Notes: generated by a model from the letters alone, not told the origin. DNA of 64,000 nucleotides from Vulcanimicrobiota bacterium (GCA_963805945.1 CAWDVP010000005.1:19012-83011); one strand, 5' to 3'; counted from the first letter of the stretch, positions 1 through 10,231 are shown. Made by a program: numbers and translations.

Positions 1-1887
1 GTTCGAGGGATCCGCACCGCAATCGGACGAGGCGTGCTTGCGGCCCAACGAGTGTCCGAACTCGTGCGCGACCGACGTCAGGTAGCGCGTCTGGTTGACG
101 ACGCTGTGCGAGCGGCCTCTGGAAATCGTCATATCGCCGTTGTCGTCGTTCGCGTCGCTCATCCCGATGTCGCTGTCGGCTGGGATGCCCGAGATGATGC
201 CGACGGTGTATTGGCCGAAGTGGTGGTTGTTATGATTGTTATCCCAATCCACCACGCGCCCGAGCGCTTCGCTCGCCTTGTCGGTGCGCGATTTGCCGTC
301 ATTGTAGATGTCGATCATCTCGATGTCGTCGACGTACGGGAACACCGTGATGTCCAGCGGCAGCACGTTCATCGCCGAGGCGTAGGCGACGTCCGGCGGC
401 CCCGGCAGATAGCCGGTCATGTTCGCGATGAGCGGCGCGATGCCGATCGCTATGCTCTGATGGAAGCTGATGCCCGAGACCGCGACCTCCTCCAGCTGGA
501 GGCACGTCGGCGTGCTGCACGCCGCGTCGGTGGGCGTGTCGAAGCTCTGCTGCACCTGCGGCACGGCGACAGCGCGCAGCGTGATGGTGCCTTGCGTCCA
601 CGCGTCGGGCAGAGTGAACTCCCACGGCAAGCCGCTCGTGTCGACCCGCTGCGCGTAGGACACATCGTACGTGGTCGTGTTCGCGAAGCCGGGCGCCGAG
701 CCGGTGTTGTCGGGCAGGATCGGGTTCATGCCGGGCAGCAGCTGGCCGTTCGAGTTGTAGCCGTAGAGCGCGACGTTGGGCGTCGTGGCGGTGCTGATGC
801 CGACGCCTTCCACGAACACGCGCGCGATCGTCTTGTGACCGGCGGAGAGCAGCACGCCGCCGTACGGCAACGGCTGCGCCAACGTCCCTAACGCCGGATT
901 GTACGGCACGCGATTGGGGATGGTGAGGCCCTGGACTCCCTGCGTCACCTCGATCGACTGCGCCACGACGCTGTAGTTGCCCGCGACGGTGAGCGGGATG
1001 ACCACCGAACGCGGTGCGCTGCCGGCGCTCGCGTCGAGCGGCGTGCCGGTGATGGTGATGGGGATGTCGGTGACGGGCGGCGCGTTGGAGCTCACGTTGA
1101 TCGTGAGGACCACATCGCTTTGCAGGCTCGATCCGGTCGCCGGCTGCGGCGAGAACGACGCCGAGACGCCCACCGGCAGTCCGCTCGCCGAGAACTGGAT
1201 CCGCCCGTTCGATCCGCCGAAACGGGTGAGGCCGATATACCCGGTCCCTGCGTTGCCCGGCGCCGCGCCGACGTCAAGGCCGCCGAAGAACACGCCGAAA
1301 TCCGCCCCTGACGATGCGCCGGACGTGCCGAAGCTCACATCGTCGATGAAGGTGCAGCCCTGGCTGATGGGGCCGTAGATATGGATGAACGCGATGTCCG
1401 CGCTGCCGTGCGAGACGCTGAGCTGCTGCCACGAGCCGCCGACCTGGAACACATTGCTCGAGAGGACTTGGCCGGTCGTCGAAACCGCGTCGATGGTGAT
1501 CGGCACCGTGCCGCCGCCGATGTTCTCGGCGAACATGCCGACGCTCTGCGTCGGGCTGACGAACTGCGCCCACGCGTCGTTGCGGTAGACCTCGACGCCG
1601 CACGCTTCGGGGATGCGCGCGGCATTGCGGCCGGAGTGCGCCTTGGTGGTGCCGGCGGGCATCTGCATGACGACTGCGGTCGTGGCCGGCATGCCTGGCT
1701 GGAGCCCGAACACGATGCCCTTGCTCTGATATTGCGTCGAGAGCCTCACGCCGCTTGTCGGCGTCGTCGCGAGGTCGTCGAAGTTGATGAGGACCTGGCC
1801 GGCCAGCGCGGAACGCGCGAAACCGGCGAGTAGCGCAACCGAGATGATGGACGCGGCGGCAATACTGAAACGGCGCAGGCTCAACAT
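1..1887 (-). CDS. Secreted multidomain metzincin-type zinc metallopeptidase (3' end runs off the window)
   Basis: Not in the ORF track because there is no stop in the window. Manual translation gives GGAGG RBS, signal peptide MLSLRRFSIAAASIISVALLAGFARSALA, beta-rich/Ig-like regions, and HEFGHSLGRKH (HExxHxxGxxH) at nt 66-34 in the same frame. Alternative ATG at 1893. Confidence 0.8.
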   Translation of the reverse strand, partial: MLSLRRFSIAAASIISVALLAGFARSALAGQVLINFDDLATTPTSGVRLSTQYQSKGIVFGLQPGMPATTAVVMQMPAGTTKAHSGRNAARIPEACGVEVYRNDAWAQFVSPTQSVGMFAENIGGGTVPITIDAVSTTGQVLSSNVFQVGGSWQQLSVSHGSADIAFIHIYGPISQGCTFIDDVSFGTSGASSGADFGVFFGGLDVGAAPGNAGTGYIGLTRFGGSNGRIQFSASGLPVGVSASFSPQPATGSSLQSDVVLTINVSSNAPPVTDIPITITGTPLDASAGSAPRSVVIPLTVAGNYSVVAQSIEVTQGVQGLTIPNRVPYNPALGTLAQPLPYGGVLLSAGHKTIARVFVEGVGISTATTPNVALYGYNSNGQLLPGMNPILPDNTGSAPGFANTTTYDVSYAQRVDTSGLPWEFTLPDAWTQGTITLRAVAVPQVQQSFDTPTDAACSTPTCLQLEEVAVSGISFHQSIAIGIAPLIANMTGYLPGPPDVAYASAMNVLPLDITVFPYVDDIEMIDIYNDGKSRTDKASEALGRVVDWDNNHNNHHFGQYTVGIISGIPADSDIGMSDANDDNGDMTISRGRSHSVVNQTRYLTSVAHEFGHSLGRKHASSDCGADPSN

Positions 1888-1952
1888 GTTCATCCTCCGG
1901 CCTGGACCCTTGGCGGCTGCGGGGCGGGTTTCATCCCGCACGCTTGGTCGCC

Positions 1953-3008
1953 TTAAGCGTGCGCCGCTTCGATGATCGTGAAAGGCGAGCGGGTCTCGAC
2001 GGTACGCGTCACGCGCAAGCCTGCGGCCGATAGCAAGGTCTTGTACTGGCCGAGCGTGCGCTCGCGACCGCCGGTCAGCACGAGCATCTCGATGTCGGTG
2101 AGCTTGGCAAGCGATAGGGCGTCCGAATCCGGCAAGACCACCTCGATGACGAGCAGCTTCGCGGTGCCGCCCATCGCTCGGCGGCAGTTCGCCAGGACGG
2201 ACGATGCTTTGTCGTCCGGCCAGTCATGGAGCACTTGCTTGAGCGCGTACGCGTCGCCGCCGTCCGGCACGCTCTCGAAGAAACTGCCGGCGACGAGGCG
2301 GCAGCGCGAGCCTAGCTCTTCGGCGTCGACGATCGGCTGCGCGCGCGCGATCACCTCCGGCAGATCGTAGAGCACGCCGCGTACATCTGGATACGCGCGC
2401 AGCACTGAACGCACCAATTGACCCTCGCCGCCGCCCACGTCGACCAGCGTGCCGAGGCGCGAGAAATCGTAACCTGCGATCGCGGACAGGTCGCGCGCGT
2501 TCGACAGATCCGACATCGCCGCGTTGAACGCAGCCGCCGCGTCCGGATGCCCCGCGAGATAGGTGAATAGCCGCTCACGCGCGGCGCCGATCGGCGCGGG
2601 CTCGCCTGTCCGGACGCTGCCCTCCAATTCGCCCCACGCCTGCCAATGCCACGGTTCGCCGAGATATGCGGCGAACGCGCGCATCGAGTTCGGATGATCG
2701 CTGCGCAGCAGTTCGCCAAGGCGCGTCAGCCCGAAGCGGCGATCCGGTTGCTCGACGAATACCCTCGCATCGCTGAGCATGCGCAGCAGCCGGTAGAGCG
2801 AGTCCTCGTCGCACTGCGCCGCTTGTGCGAGCTGCCCGACCGCAACGGCGTCTGCGCCGATGCTGTCGGCGATGCGCAGCCGGGCTGCGACCGAGATGCC
2901 TTGCGAGACCCACGCGCCGGTGAGCAGGTCGCCCATCGCGATCATGCGTCGGATGCCCGGCGGCGCGAAGAAGCGGCGAAACGCCGCTTTGATCGCTGCG
3001 AGGGTCAA
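1953..3008 (-). CDS. SAM-dependent O-methyltransferase (Methyltransf_2 with dimerisation domain)
   Basis: C-terminal half of the 680-aa ORF with LYRLLRML, LVDVGGGEG, YDLPEV, GSFFESVP, LHDWPD and GGRERT. Start is TTG 3008 (overlapping the upstream stop) or ATG 2945. Confidence 0.85.
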   Translation of the reverse strand: MTLAAIKAAFRRFFAPPGIRRMIAMGDLLTGAWVSQGISVAARLRIADSIGADAVAVGQLAQAAQCDEDSLYRLLRMLSDARVFVEQPDRRFGLTRLGELLRSDHPNSMRAFAAYLGEPWHWQAWGELEGSVRTGEPAPIGAARERLFTYLAGHPDAAAAFNAAMSDLSNARDLSAIAGYDFSRLGTLVDVGGGEGQLVRSVLRAYPDVRGVLYDLPEVIARAQPIVDAEELGSRCRLVAGSFFESVPDGGDAYALKQVLHDWPDDKASSVLANCRRAMGGTAKLLVIEVVLPDSDALSLAKLTDIEMLVLTGGRERTLGQYKTLLSAAGLRVTRTVETRSPFTIIEAAHA

Positions 3009-3944
3009 CTGGTGGTTGCGGCAGGCGCAGGCGTTGCGCTGGGCGAGTTCGTCGGGCCCGGCGATGGCGAGGGCAGCGCCGACGCGGCAGCTGCGGGCGC
3101 GGATGGCGCCTCCGTCGGCTCGAGCGTCGGCACCGTGATCGGCTGTTCGGTCGGCACCGGCGTGCGATCGGGCAGCGGTTCGAGGCGCCGCGGGCGGCGG
3201 CTGGCCCGAGAGCAGCGCCGGCCCGAAGACCTCGGCCGAGTTTGAGAGCGTCTGCGCGGTGCGCAGCCCGTCTGCGTACGCGTACTCCGCATAGCCCCAC
3301 AGCGCCAAGATGACGATCGCGATCGCAGGCGCCAACACAGGCGCGGACGTGTTGACGACCTCGGTGCCCGCGACGAAGTCGCCGATGCGCCGCCGGCGCG
3401 GCGTGACCACCGCAAGCACGAACCCGACGATGAGCAGGTCGAACGGCAAGAACACGTTGCGGATCAGTGCGCGCGAGATGCCCACCGGCCCGCCGCCGAC
3501 CACCGCCACGCGCAGGCCGAACAGCGCTTTGCCGAGCGTCGTGCCAGCGTACGCCTCGGAGAGCACGAGATAGACGATGAGCGCGAACAGCGTGTAGACG
3601 CACGCCTCGAAGAAACCGCCCGACTGGTGCTGATCGTGGCCGTAATGCTCGAGCTCGTAGCCGACGGCGACGCCGATCAGCGCCGTCACCCCGATAAGAT
3701 CGACGAGCAGCGCGAACAGCCTTCGTGCGATGTATTGTCCGATGTCGCCGAACTCGTCGCGTTGCACAGCGGCAGCAGCCGGCGCGGCCGCCTGCGCCGC
3801 TGGCGGCAGGACTTGGGTCGGCTGGACGGCTTCGCTGTGCGGCGGCGGCGCGCTCGTGTCGGGTTTGTCGAGCAGCGCACCGCACGAGCCGCAAAAAGCC
3901 GACGCGTTGACCTGTTCTTTACCGCATTTCGGGCAGATCGCCAC
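3005..3944 (-). CDS. Zinc-ribbon + RDD family membrane protein with Pro/Thr/Ser-rich tail (frameshift near 3185)
   Basis: CPKCG..FCGSCG ribbon and RDD motifs RRLFALLVD, GTTLGKALFGLRV, RRRIGDFVAGT. The Pro-rich tail continues in the frame of ORF 3005..3415 to TGA at 3005. Confidence 0.75.
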
Positions 3945-3946
3945 GG

Positions 3947-5137
3947 TTATAGCGCTTCGACGACTCCAGCGATGCCCTGCCCGCCGCCGATGCACGCGCT
4001 CGCCACGCCGAGCTTCTTCTTCTGCCGTCGCAGCTCGTGCAGCAGCGTGTACGTGACGCGTGCGCCGCTCGCGCCGAGCGGATGCCCGAGCGCGATCGCG
4101 CCGCCATTGGGATTGAGCTTGTCGATGTTGAGGTGCAGGGCATGGACGCAGGCGAGCACCTGCGGCGCGAACGCCTCATTGATCTCCACGAGTTCGAAAT
4201 CGTCGACCTTCACGCCGGCGCGCTCCGCCGCTTGCGGGATGGCGAACGCCGGGCCGATGCCCATGATATCGGGATCGACGCCGACCACACCCCATGCGAC
4301 GAGCCGGCCGATCGGCTCCAAGCCGTCTTTCTTCGCCTGCGCCGCGGTGGTGAGCACCACGGCCGACGCGCCGTCGGTGATGCCGCTCGCGTTGCCGGGC
4401 GTCACGATGCCGTCTTTTTTGAAGCGCGCGGGCAGCTTCGCGAGCTGCTCCATGGTCACGCCGGGGCGCGGCCCTTCGTCTTTGTCGACGATGGTCGGCC
4501 CTTTCTTGCCCGGCACTTGCACGGGCGCGATCTCTTCGGCGAAGTAGCCGTCCTCGATCGCCTTGGCCGCGTTGCGCTGCGAGCGCAGGCTGAACTGGTC
4601 GGCCTCCTCGCGCGTGACCTCGTAACGTTCCGCCAGATTCTCGGCGGTGATCGCCATCGGCGTGTCGTGGTAGCTGTCGGTGAGGCCCTCCCACAACGAG
4701 TCCTCGAGCTTGCCCTGGCCGAGGCCGAGACCCCAGCGCGCGCCGCGGATGACGTGGGGCGACTGGCTCATATTCTCGGTGCCGCCGGCGAGCACATATT
4801 TCGCCTCGCCGAGCAGCAGCGCTTGCGCGCCGGAGATGATCGCCTGCAGGCCCGAACCGCACAGCCGGTTGACGATGAGCGCGGGCGCATCCTCGCGGCA
4901 GCCGCACTTGAGGCCGATGTGGCGCGCGGCGTAGATCGCGTCGACGCTCGACTGGATGACGTTGCCGAAGAAGATCTGATCGATCTTCTCAGGCGCGACC
5001 TTCGAGCGCTCCATCGCGGCTTTGCTCGCGACGACGCCGAGGTCGATCGCGCTGACGTCCCTGAGCACGCCGCCGAAGTTGCCGAACGGCGTCCGTGCGC
5101 CGTTGACGATGACGATTTCTGGCTTTCCGTTTTGCAT
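3947..5137 (-). CDS. Acetyl-CoA C-acetyl/acyltransferase (thiolase)
   Basis: ARTPFG, NRLCGSGLQA, NEAFA, GHPLGASG and CIGGGQG thiolase motifs. Confidence 0.95.
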   Translation of the reverse strand: MQNGKPEIVIVNGARTPFGNFGGVLRDVSAIDLGVVASKAAMERSKVAPEKIDQIFFGNVIQSSVDAIYAARHIGLKCGCREDAPALIVNRLCGSGLQAIISGAQALLLGEAKYVLAGGTENMSQSPHVIRGARWGLGLGQGKLEDSLWEGLTDSYHDTPMAITAENLAERYEVTREEADQFSLRSQRNAAKAIEDGYFAEEIAPVQVPGKKGPTIVDKDEGPRPGVTMEQLAKLPARFKKDGIVTPGNASGITDGASAVVLTTAAQAKKDGLEPIGRLVAWGVVGVDPDIMGIGPAFAIPQAAERAGVKVDDFELVEINEAFAPQVLACVHALHLNIDKLNPNGGAIALGHPLGASGARVTYTLLHELRRQKKKLGVASACIGGGQGIAGVVEAL

Positions 5138-5251
5138 TGGTCCCTCGATATTTCTGTAGCCGCGTCAGTTTCGCGAAGGCCGCGCGACCCGCCTTGCGGC
5201 CTTCGCTAGACGCCGCAAAAGCAGGCGTGATATACTGCGCGTGGAGAGACG

Positions 5252-5785
5252 ATGCGCGAGATGGTATTGCCGGAGACGAAACCGGCGCTCGAATGGGTCA
5301 ACGGCCGGGTGCTCCAAAAGGTGAGCCCGCAGGCCAAACACGCGCTGGCCCAGGGCAGATTCTTTGGAGCCCTCGATGCCTGGGCTGTGTTGACTGGAAG
5401 CGGACGGGCCGGCACCGAATGGGAATGTCGCTTCGTTCAGGCCGGTGAGATCCGCCGTCCTCTTGTACCCGACGTCGCGTATCTGTCGTATGCGTGTGTG
5501 CCCCATGGCTCAAAGGCGGCGGATATACCCCGCGTCGCGCCGGATGCGGTCGTCGAAATCATCTCGCCCGGCGATAGGAAACGGGATGTCGACTGGAAAG
5601 TCGGCGCCTACCTCGCGGGCGGCACATCCGTCGTGTTTCTCGTCGACACCAAGCTCCAGACGGTGACCATCCTCGACAATGAAGGCTCGCGAACGATCGC
5701 GCGCGATGGGATTGTGACGCACGAGGCCCTGCCGGGTTTTGCCATGCCGGCACGCAGTCTCTTCGAAGAGCCGCCGCCCAAGTGA
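5252..5785 (+). CDS. Uma2/DUF820 family PD-(D/E)XK endonuclease-like protein
   Basis: EWVNG..QKVSP..H, LVPDVAY, PDAVVEIISPGD, K..YL..G and LPGF motifs. Confidence 0.85.
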   Translation: MREMVLPETKPALEWVNGRVLQKVSPQAKHALAQGRFFGALDAWAVLTGSGRAGTEWECRFVQAGEIRRPLVPDVAYLSYACVPHGSKAADIPRVAPDAVVEIISPGDRKRDVDWKVGAYLAGGTSVVFLVDTKLQTVTILDNEGSRTIARDGIVTHEALPGFAMPARSLFEEPPPK

Positions 5786-5815
5786 TCTTGCGTCAGTAGC
5801 GCCGGCGGCTGCCGA

Positions 5816-6892
5816 CTAGGTCTTCGCGAGCGCCTGCTCGAGCGTCTGCGCCACGAGGTCGCCGACCTCGGATGTCTTCAACCCGCTCGACGCGTCAAGC
5901 GACGCGATGCGCTTGCTCGCGAGCAGCTCGCCGATCGTCTGATCGATGGCGGCGGCGGCGCGCTCTTCGCCCAGATAGTCGAGCATCATGCCCACCGCGC
6001 CGATCGCCGCGATCGGGCTCACCGCGTTCTTGCCTTTGTACTTGGGCGCCGATCCGTGGATCGGCTCGAACAGCGACACCTGGCCGGGGTGGATGTTGCC
6101 CGACGCCGCTACGCCCATGCCGCCTTGCACCATCGCGCCGAGGTCGGTGAGGATGTCGCCGAACAGATTCGGTGTGACGACGACGTCGAACGACTCCGGG
6201 TTTTTCACCATCCACATGCACGCCGCGTCGATGTAGGCGAAGTCGTAGGTGATGTCCTGATAGTCGGCCCACACCTCTTCGACCGTGCGGCGCCAGATCT
6301 GCTGCACCTCGATCGCATTTGCTTTGTCGACCAGGGTAAGCTTCTTCTTCTTATCCCGCTTGCGCGCGAGGTCGAACGCATAGCGCACCGCCCGCTCCAC
6401 GCCTTTGCGGGTGAAGATCTGATTGGCGATGACCACTTCGTCCGGCGTGCCCTTCTTGAAGTGGCCGCCGATGCCGGTGTACAGGTCTTCCGTGTTCTCG
6501 CGCACCACGACCATCTCGACGTCCTCGGGCCGCTTGCCCTTGATCGGGCAGAGATGCTCCGCGTACAGCTTGATGGGCCGTAGATTGATGTAGAGGTCGA
6601 GGCCGAAGCGCGTCGCCGCGATGACGCCGCGTTCGACGAGCCCGGGCGGCAGGCGCGGGTCGCCGATCGCGCCGAGCAGGATCGCGTCCATGGTCCGGAA
6701 CTCGTCGAGCTGGCCCTCCGGCATGAACTCGTTCGTCGCGAGATAATGGTCGGCGCCGAACGGATACGATTTCGTGGTGTAGGAGAATCCGAACAGTTTC
6801 GACGCGCGTTCGAGGACCTTGAGGCCCTCGTCGGTCACCTCGGGGCCGACGCCGTCACCGGGGATGACCGCGATGCTGTAGGTCTTCGCCAT
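5816..6892 (-). CDS. leuB: 3-isopropylmalate dehydrogenase (C-terminal part of a single ORF with leuD)
   Basis: [36 protein letters not shown] and FEPIHGSAP. Internal ATG at 6892. Confidence 0.85.
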   Translation of the reverse strand: MAKTYSIAVIPGDGVGPEVTDEGLKVLERASKLFGFSYTTKSYPFGADHYLATNEFMPEGQLDEFRTMDAILLGAIGDPRLPPGLVERGVIAATRFGLDLYINLRPIKLYAEHLCPIKGKRPEDVEMVVVRENTEDLYTGIGGHFKKGTPDEVVIANQIFTRKGVERAVRYAFDLARKRDKKKKLTLVDKANAIEVQQIWRRTVEEVWADYQDITYDFAYIDAACMWMVKNPESFDVVVTPNLFGDILTDLGAMVQGGMGVAASGNIHPGQVSLFEPIHGSAPKYKGKNAVSPIAAIGAVGMMLDYLGEERAAAAIDQTIGELLASKRIASLDASSGLKTSEVGDLVAQTLEQALAKT

Positions 6893-7405
6893 ATAGCTCT
6901 TGGCCGCGTTCTTCTCGATGAGCCGCTGCTCCACGTAACGGAGCAGGCCGCCTTTGGCGATGAGATCCTGCATGAACTTCGGGAACTGCGTCGCCTTGAA
7001 GGTCTTGCCGGTCGTCTCATTCGTGATCGAGCCGTTGTCCGCGTCCACGGTGATCGTGTCGCCGTCGGAGATGCCGTCCACGCCCTCGGGGCATTCGAAG
7101 ATCGGCAGTCCGGTGTTGATGCAATTGCGATAGAAGATGCGGGCGAACGACTTCGCCACCACGCCGGACACGCCGGCGCCCTTAAGGGCGACCGCCGCGA
7201 CCTCGCGCGATGAGCCGCAGCCGAAGTTCGTGTCGGCGACGATCAGATCGCCCGTTTTGGCCTTCTTGACGAAGTTCGCGTCAAGGTCTTCAAGCGCGTG
7301 CTTGCCCAGCTCGACCGGGTCGATGAGATTGCAATAGCGGCCGGGGATGATGACGTCGGTGTCGACGTTCTTGCCGTACTTGTGGGCTGTGCCTTTGAGA
7401 ATCAT
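6893..7405 (-). CDS. leuD: 3-isopropylmalate dehydratase small subunit (in frame with leuB, no stop)
   Basis: NVDTDVIIP, NFGCGSSRE, SFARIFYRN..N.GLP and GGLL motifs. Confidence 0.88.
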
Positions 7406-7599
7406 GCCGTCTTTTTCGCCGCCCCGGGGAGGCGGTCCCGCGCTCGAAGGGTAGCGTAATCACCATCGACGAGGCAAAGGGGCGATGCACGATCACTGAC
7501 GGAGCACCCCGCCCTTACTGCGAGGCGATTACGAGACTGCGGGTTGCGCGCGGACCGTGCCGACCTGGCAAAGTGCTGAAAAGTCGCTCCGCGAAGACT

Positions 7600-8073
7600 T
7601 TAGGGCCTGGGATGGTCGCACGGCTCTTTCATCCACATGTAGGTCCGCAGCCTTTCGAAATGATCGACACTCTCATCCTTCGTAAGCTTACCGGTCGTTA
7701 CCAATCCTTGCGTCATTTGTGCGCTGGCAATGAATACTTGCATCATGCGCCCAGCACATGCCGTACCCGCAGACGACTTTGCCGCTTTAAACTCCGCGAT
7801 TGCGTCGGCGTAGTCGGCGGCGGCAGCATCTTGATTTCCGGCCAAAACGTGGGCGGCATACGTTCCCGGTTTTGGATTAAGCGGCGCCGACGTCTTCAAC
7901 GGGCTTGCAAACGTCACAGGCGCCGACGCGTCGGCCGGTTTGGGTGTCTGGCTTGAGCAGGCGGATGGGGCTATCGCGGTTATAGCCAAGACAAAGCCGA
8001 GTAGGGTTAGGCCTCGTGTCCCTACCGAGATGGGCCGGGCTTTGGCGTTACGAACAGGCATCGCGGTTTGCAC
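7600..8073 (-). CDS. Hypothetical exported protein/lipoprotein
   Basis: Hydrophobic stretch ending SACSS, Pro-rich linker, helical-looking C-terminal domain with two Cys. Start uncertain. Confidence 0.5.
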   Translation of the reverse strand: MQTAMPVRNAKARPISVGTRGLTLLGFVLAITAIAPSACSSQTPKPADASAPVTFASPLKTSAPLNPKPGTYAAHVLAGNQDAAAADYADAIAEFKAAKSSAGTACAGRMMQVFIASAQMTQGLVTTGKLTKDESVDHFERLRTYMWMKEPCDHPRP

Positions 8074-8543
8074 CCAGGATCAGGCGGGTTCTTGACCGGT
8101 GTCGGTGTGGGTATCGGAGTCGGCGTCGGCGACGCACCGGGAGGGCCGCTTTCCAAACAGAGGGTCATGAGCGGATGAATGTTGCGCGCGGTGTTGGGCA
8201 TGGGCCGCCTTAGCCCCGGGGGACAGGCGAAAATCGCGCCAACCAAATAAATCGCAGCGTCCTGCGGAATACCCTTCGCAACTAGGTAGGTCGAATCGAC
8301 GGCACCGCCGCCCGCCGTCACGACGCTCCAGGTCGAGGTCGAAGGGGAGTATGACGCGGCTATCTCTCTTCCGGTTTGACCGAGATCGCAGCTGAGCAGG
8401 GCGTAATTGCCATATTGCGCGATGTGCACGACTTGCCCAGTGCAAAGCGCGGCTGCTCCGGTAGGATCCGGAACAGCAACGGCCGGCATGGCGATACTGA
8501 AAAGAATCACCGCAGCTGTCAGCAAGGCTAAAATCGTCTTCAT
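8022..8543 (-). CDS. Secreted hypothetical protein, candidate partner/immunity protein
   Basis: Clear Sec signal MKTILALLTAAVILFSIAMPAVA. Starts a few nt after the upstream stop at 8548. Core GNYALLSC...WSVVTAGGGA...GIP, then a Cys/Pro-rich tail. Confidence 0.65.
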   Translation of the reverse strand: MKTILALLTAAVILFSIAMPAVAVPDPTGAAALCTGQVVHIAQYGNYALLSCDLGQTGREIAASYSPSTSTWSVVTAGGGAVDSTYLVAKGIPQDAAIYLVGAIFACPPGLRRPMPNTARNIHPLMTLCLESGPPGASPTPTPIPTPTPVKNPPDPGCKPRCLFVTPKPGPSR

Positions 8544-8547
8544 GACG

Positions 8548-9506
8548 TTATGTTCCGGCCGCGGTTACGTGCCAGAAGCCCCCTGGCAAATCGTAGCCCG
8601 TGTGCCCGGCGTAGTACGCTTCGTAGTTGGCGGGCGAATCCTCCCAGCCGAACACAGCGGGTCCGGCACTTGTCGGGCAACCACCCTCATTTGAAATCAC
8701 GGTGTGGCAGCCGTCATCTTCGCAGATCCCGATGTGGTTTTCACCGCGAATTGGGTCGCCATCCCCCTGAATCCAAATATCACCTTTGACTGTGCTGCCT
8801 TGCGGCACTTGATAACCGTTCCCGGCAGCGAGCCAGTCTCTGATCGTGGGTACATAGTGGGACCCATTCGCAAGCGGCTTCAGACCAGCACCAGCCTGAA
8901 TTTGTTGAAGCGCCCAAGCGCATGCCTCGCAGCCGTTGCTATCTCCTTTGTCGGTAGGCATCCCCTTGTATATAGTCACCGCGTACGCAGCCCTAGCCGA
9001 CGCATCACTTAGCGGCGGCGGAGGCGGGGGCGGGAGGCAAATGCCGTTTGGAGTCACCTGGATTACTATATAGTCGTAGGCGACGTAGCCGTTTGTTTGA
9101 TCTATCTGTTCGACCATAGTCGGCGTTTGTGCTCCCGGAGTCGCCAGGCAGGACGCGGAAACCTGGAAGACCGCCGCCTGCAGGCCGACCGTTCCGGAGG
9201 CGTGACGTAAGCATACAATCCGGTGCCAGGGTTCGGGTTGGTAAACCAGTCGTACGTATCAGCACATGGTTGTGTGCACGCAATCGGTAAGGGCAACGCA
9301 CCTACCGATTGCTGCTGGACGCTTAGATATACAAGCTTGGGTTGTACGGTGCCTGGAGACGAAGCGGGAGTGGGGGAAATTGCGGAAATCCCGGCAGTGG
9401 GAGGCGTTGGGCTCACACTCGAGGCCGCGCAACCGGTGGCCGCAAGAACAACTGCCATCGCCGGTAGCAGGTAGCAGACTCTGTTCAACTGCTGACGTCC
9501 TGTCAA
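8548..9506 (-). CDS. Lipoprotein with C-terminal CHAP/NlpC-P60-like Cys-His domain (frameshift near 9195)
   Basis: Lipobox LAATG-C. ORFs 9102..9506 and 8548..9117 join with one extra G at CCG-GA, giving VTPPGTVGLQAAVFQ...TMVEQ. After a poly-Pro linker: ACAWALQQI...KGDIWIQ...NHIGIC...ISN. Confidence 0.6.
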
Positions 9507-9629
9507 TCCAAGCGTTCACGAGCTCGAAAGAGATCGTGGCAATCGCATAGTAGCACTGGACGTACAAGTAACGCAATGGAACATGCGTTCACCGGCGTTC
9601 GGTAGCGAGGGATTTGCCCGGCGAATTAA

Positions 9630-10211
9630 CTATTCGGCAGAGGCTGTCACCCTGACATCGGCGATCACCGGCCCGCACTCGCCGCCGGCCGGATCTTTGC
9701 TCTCGAATTGCAGCGTGGTCTGCGGCTTGATCGCCTTGAACGTCCAGCTCTTGCGCGGCCACGTCTTGTCGCGGACGCCCGTCACGTCGCTGTTCACCGT
9801 ATAGTCCATGAATGCGCCCGCGGCGCTCACGCGCATGTGCTTGATCTTGGGCGCACACTCGTTGTTGCCAGCGAGCAGGAAGCTCACGGTGTACGGGTGT
9901 CCGGGCACCGTCGCGAACGACTGCGCGATCGCGCCGATGCCGGGTGTGCCGTCGAGGTCGACGCTGCGCAGGCCGCCGGGCGCGACCCAGTACGTGCCGA
10001 TCAAATCGACCGTCTGCTTGGTGACCAGCCATCCGTTGATAGCGAACGAGCCCCTCTCAACGGTGATGAACCCGCCGGGTGACGCCGCCTCGGAGAAGTC
10101 TCCGTCTTTGATGAGATTGCCGGAGGCAGCGCTCGCGGCAATCGCGCCGGCCAGCGCGAGCAGCAACGTCGCACACGCGAGCCACGCCATGGTCGATCGT
10201 TTACGCATCAT
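9630..10211 (-). CDS. Secreted DUF642 / choice-of-anchor C galactose-binding-like domain protein
   Basis: Signal peptide, then NLIKDGDF, GWLV...VDLIG.YW, SVDLDG, IAQSFATVPG..Y.VSF.LAGN, TTLQFES and GPVIADV. Confidence 0.8.
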   Translation of the reverse strand: MMRKRSTMAWLACATLLLALAGAIAASAASGNLIKDGDFSEAASPGGFITVERGSFAINGWLVTKQTVDLIGTYWVAPGGLRSVDLDGTPGIGAIAQSFATVPGHPYTVSFLLAGNNECAPKIKHMRVSAAGAFMDYTVNSDVTGVRDKTWPRKSWTFKAIKPQTTLQFESKDPAGGECGPVIADVRVTASAE

Positions 10212-10231
10212 GTTCCTTTGTATGGAGCCGG

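Noticed and set aside
1953..3995. 680-aa RDD-O-methyltransferase fusion
   Set aside because: The linker is out-of-frame sequence. A shift near 3185 gives a natural Pro-rich RDD tail ending at TGA 3005, overlapping a TTG start for the methyltransferase, so these are two genes.
5252..5785. Uma2 as a restriction or defence system
   Set aside because: Solitary member of a common expanded family with no methylase or defence partner adjacent.
7406..7599. Leucine attenuator, T-box or riboswitch upstream of leuD
   Set aside because: No Leu-rich leader peptide, T-box consensus or terminator hairpin with U-tract recognised by eye; an Rfam scan would be needed.
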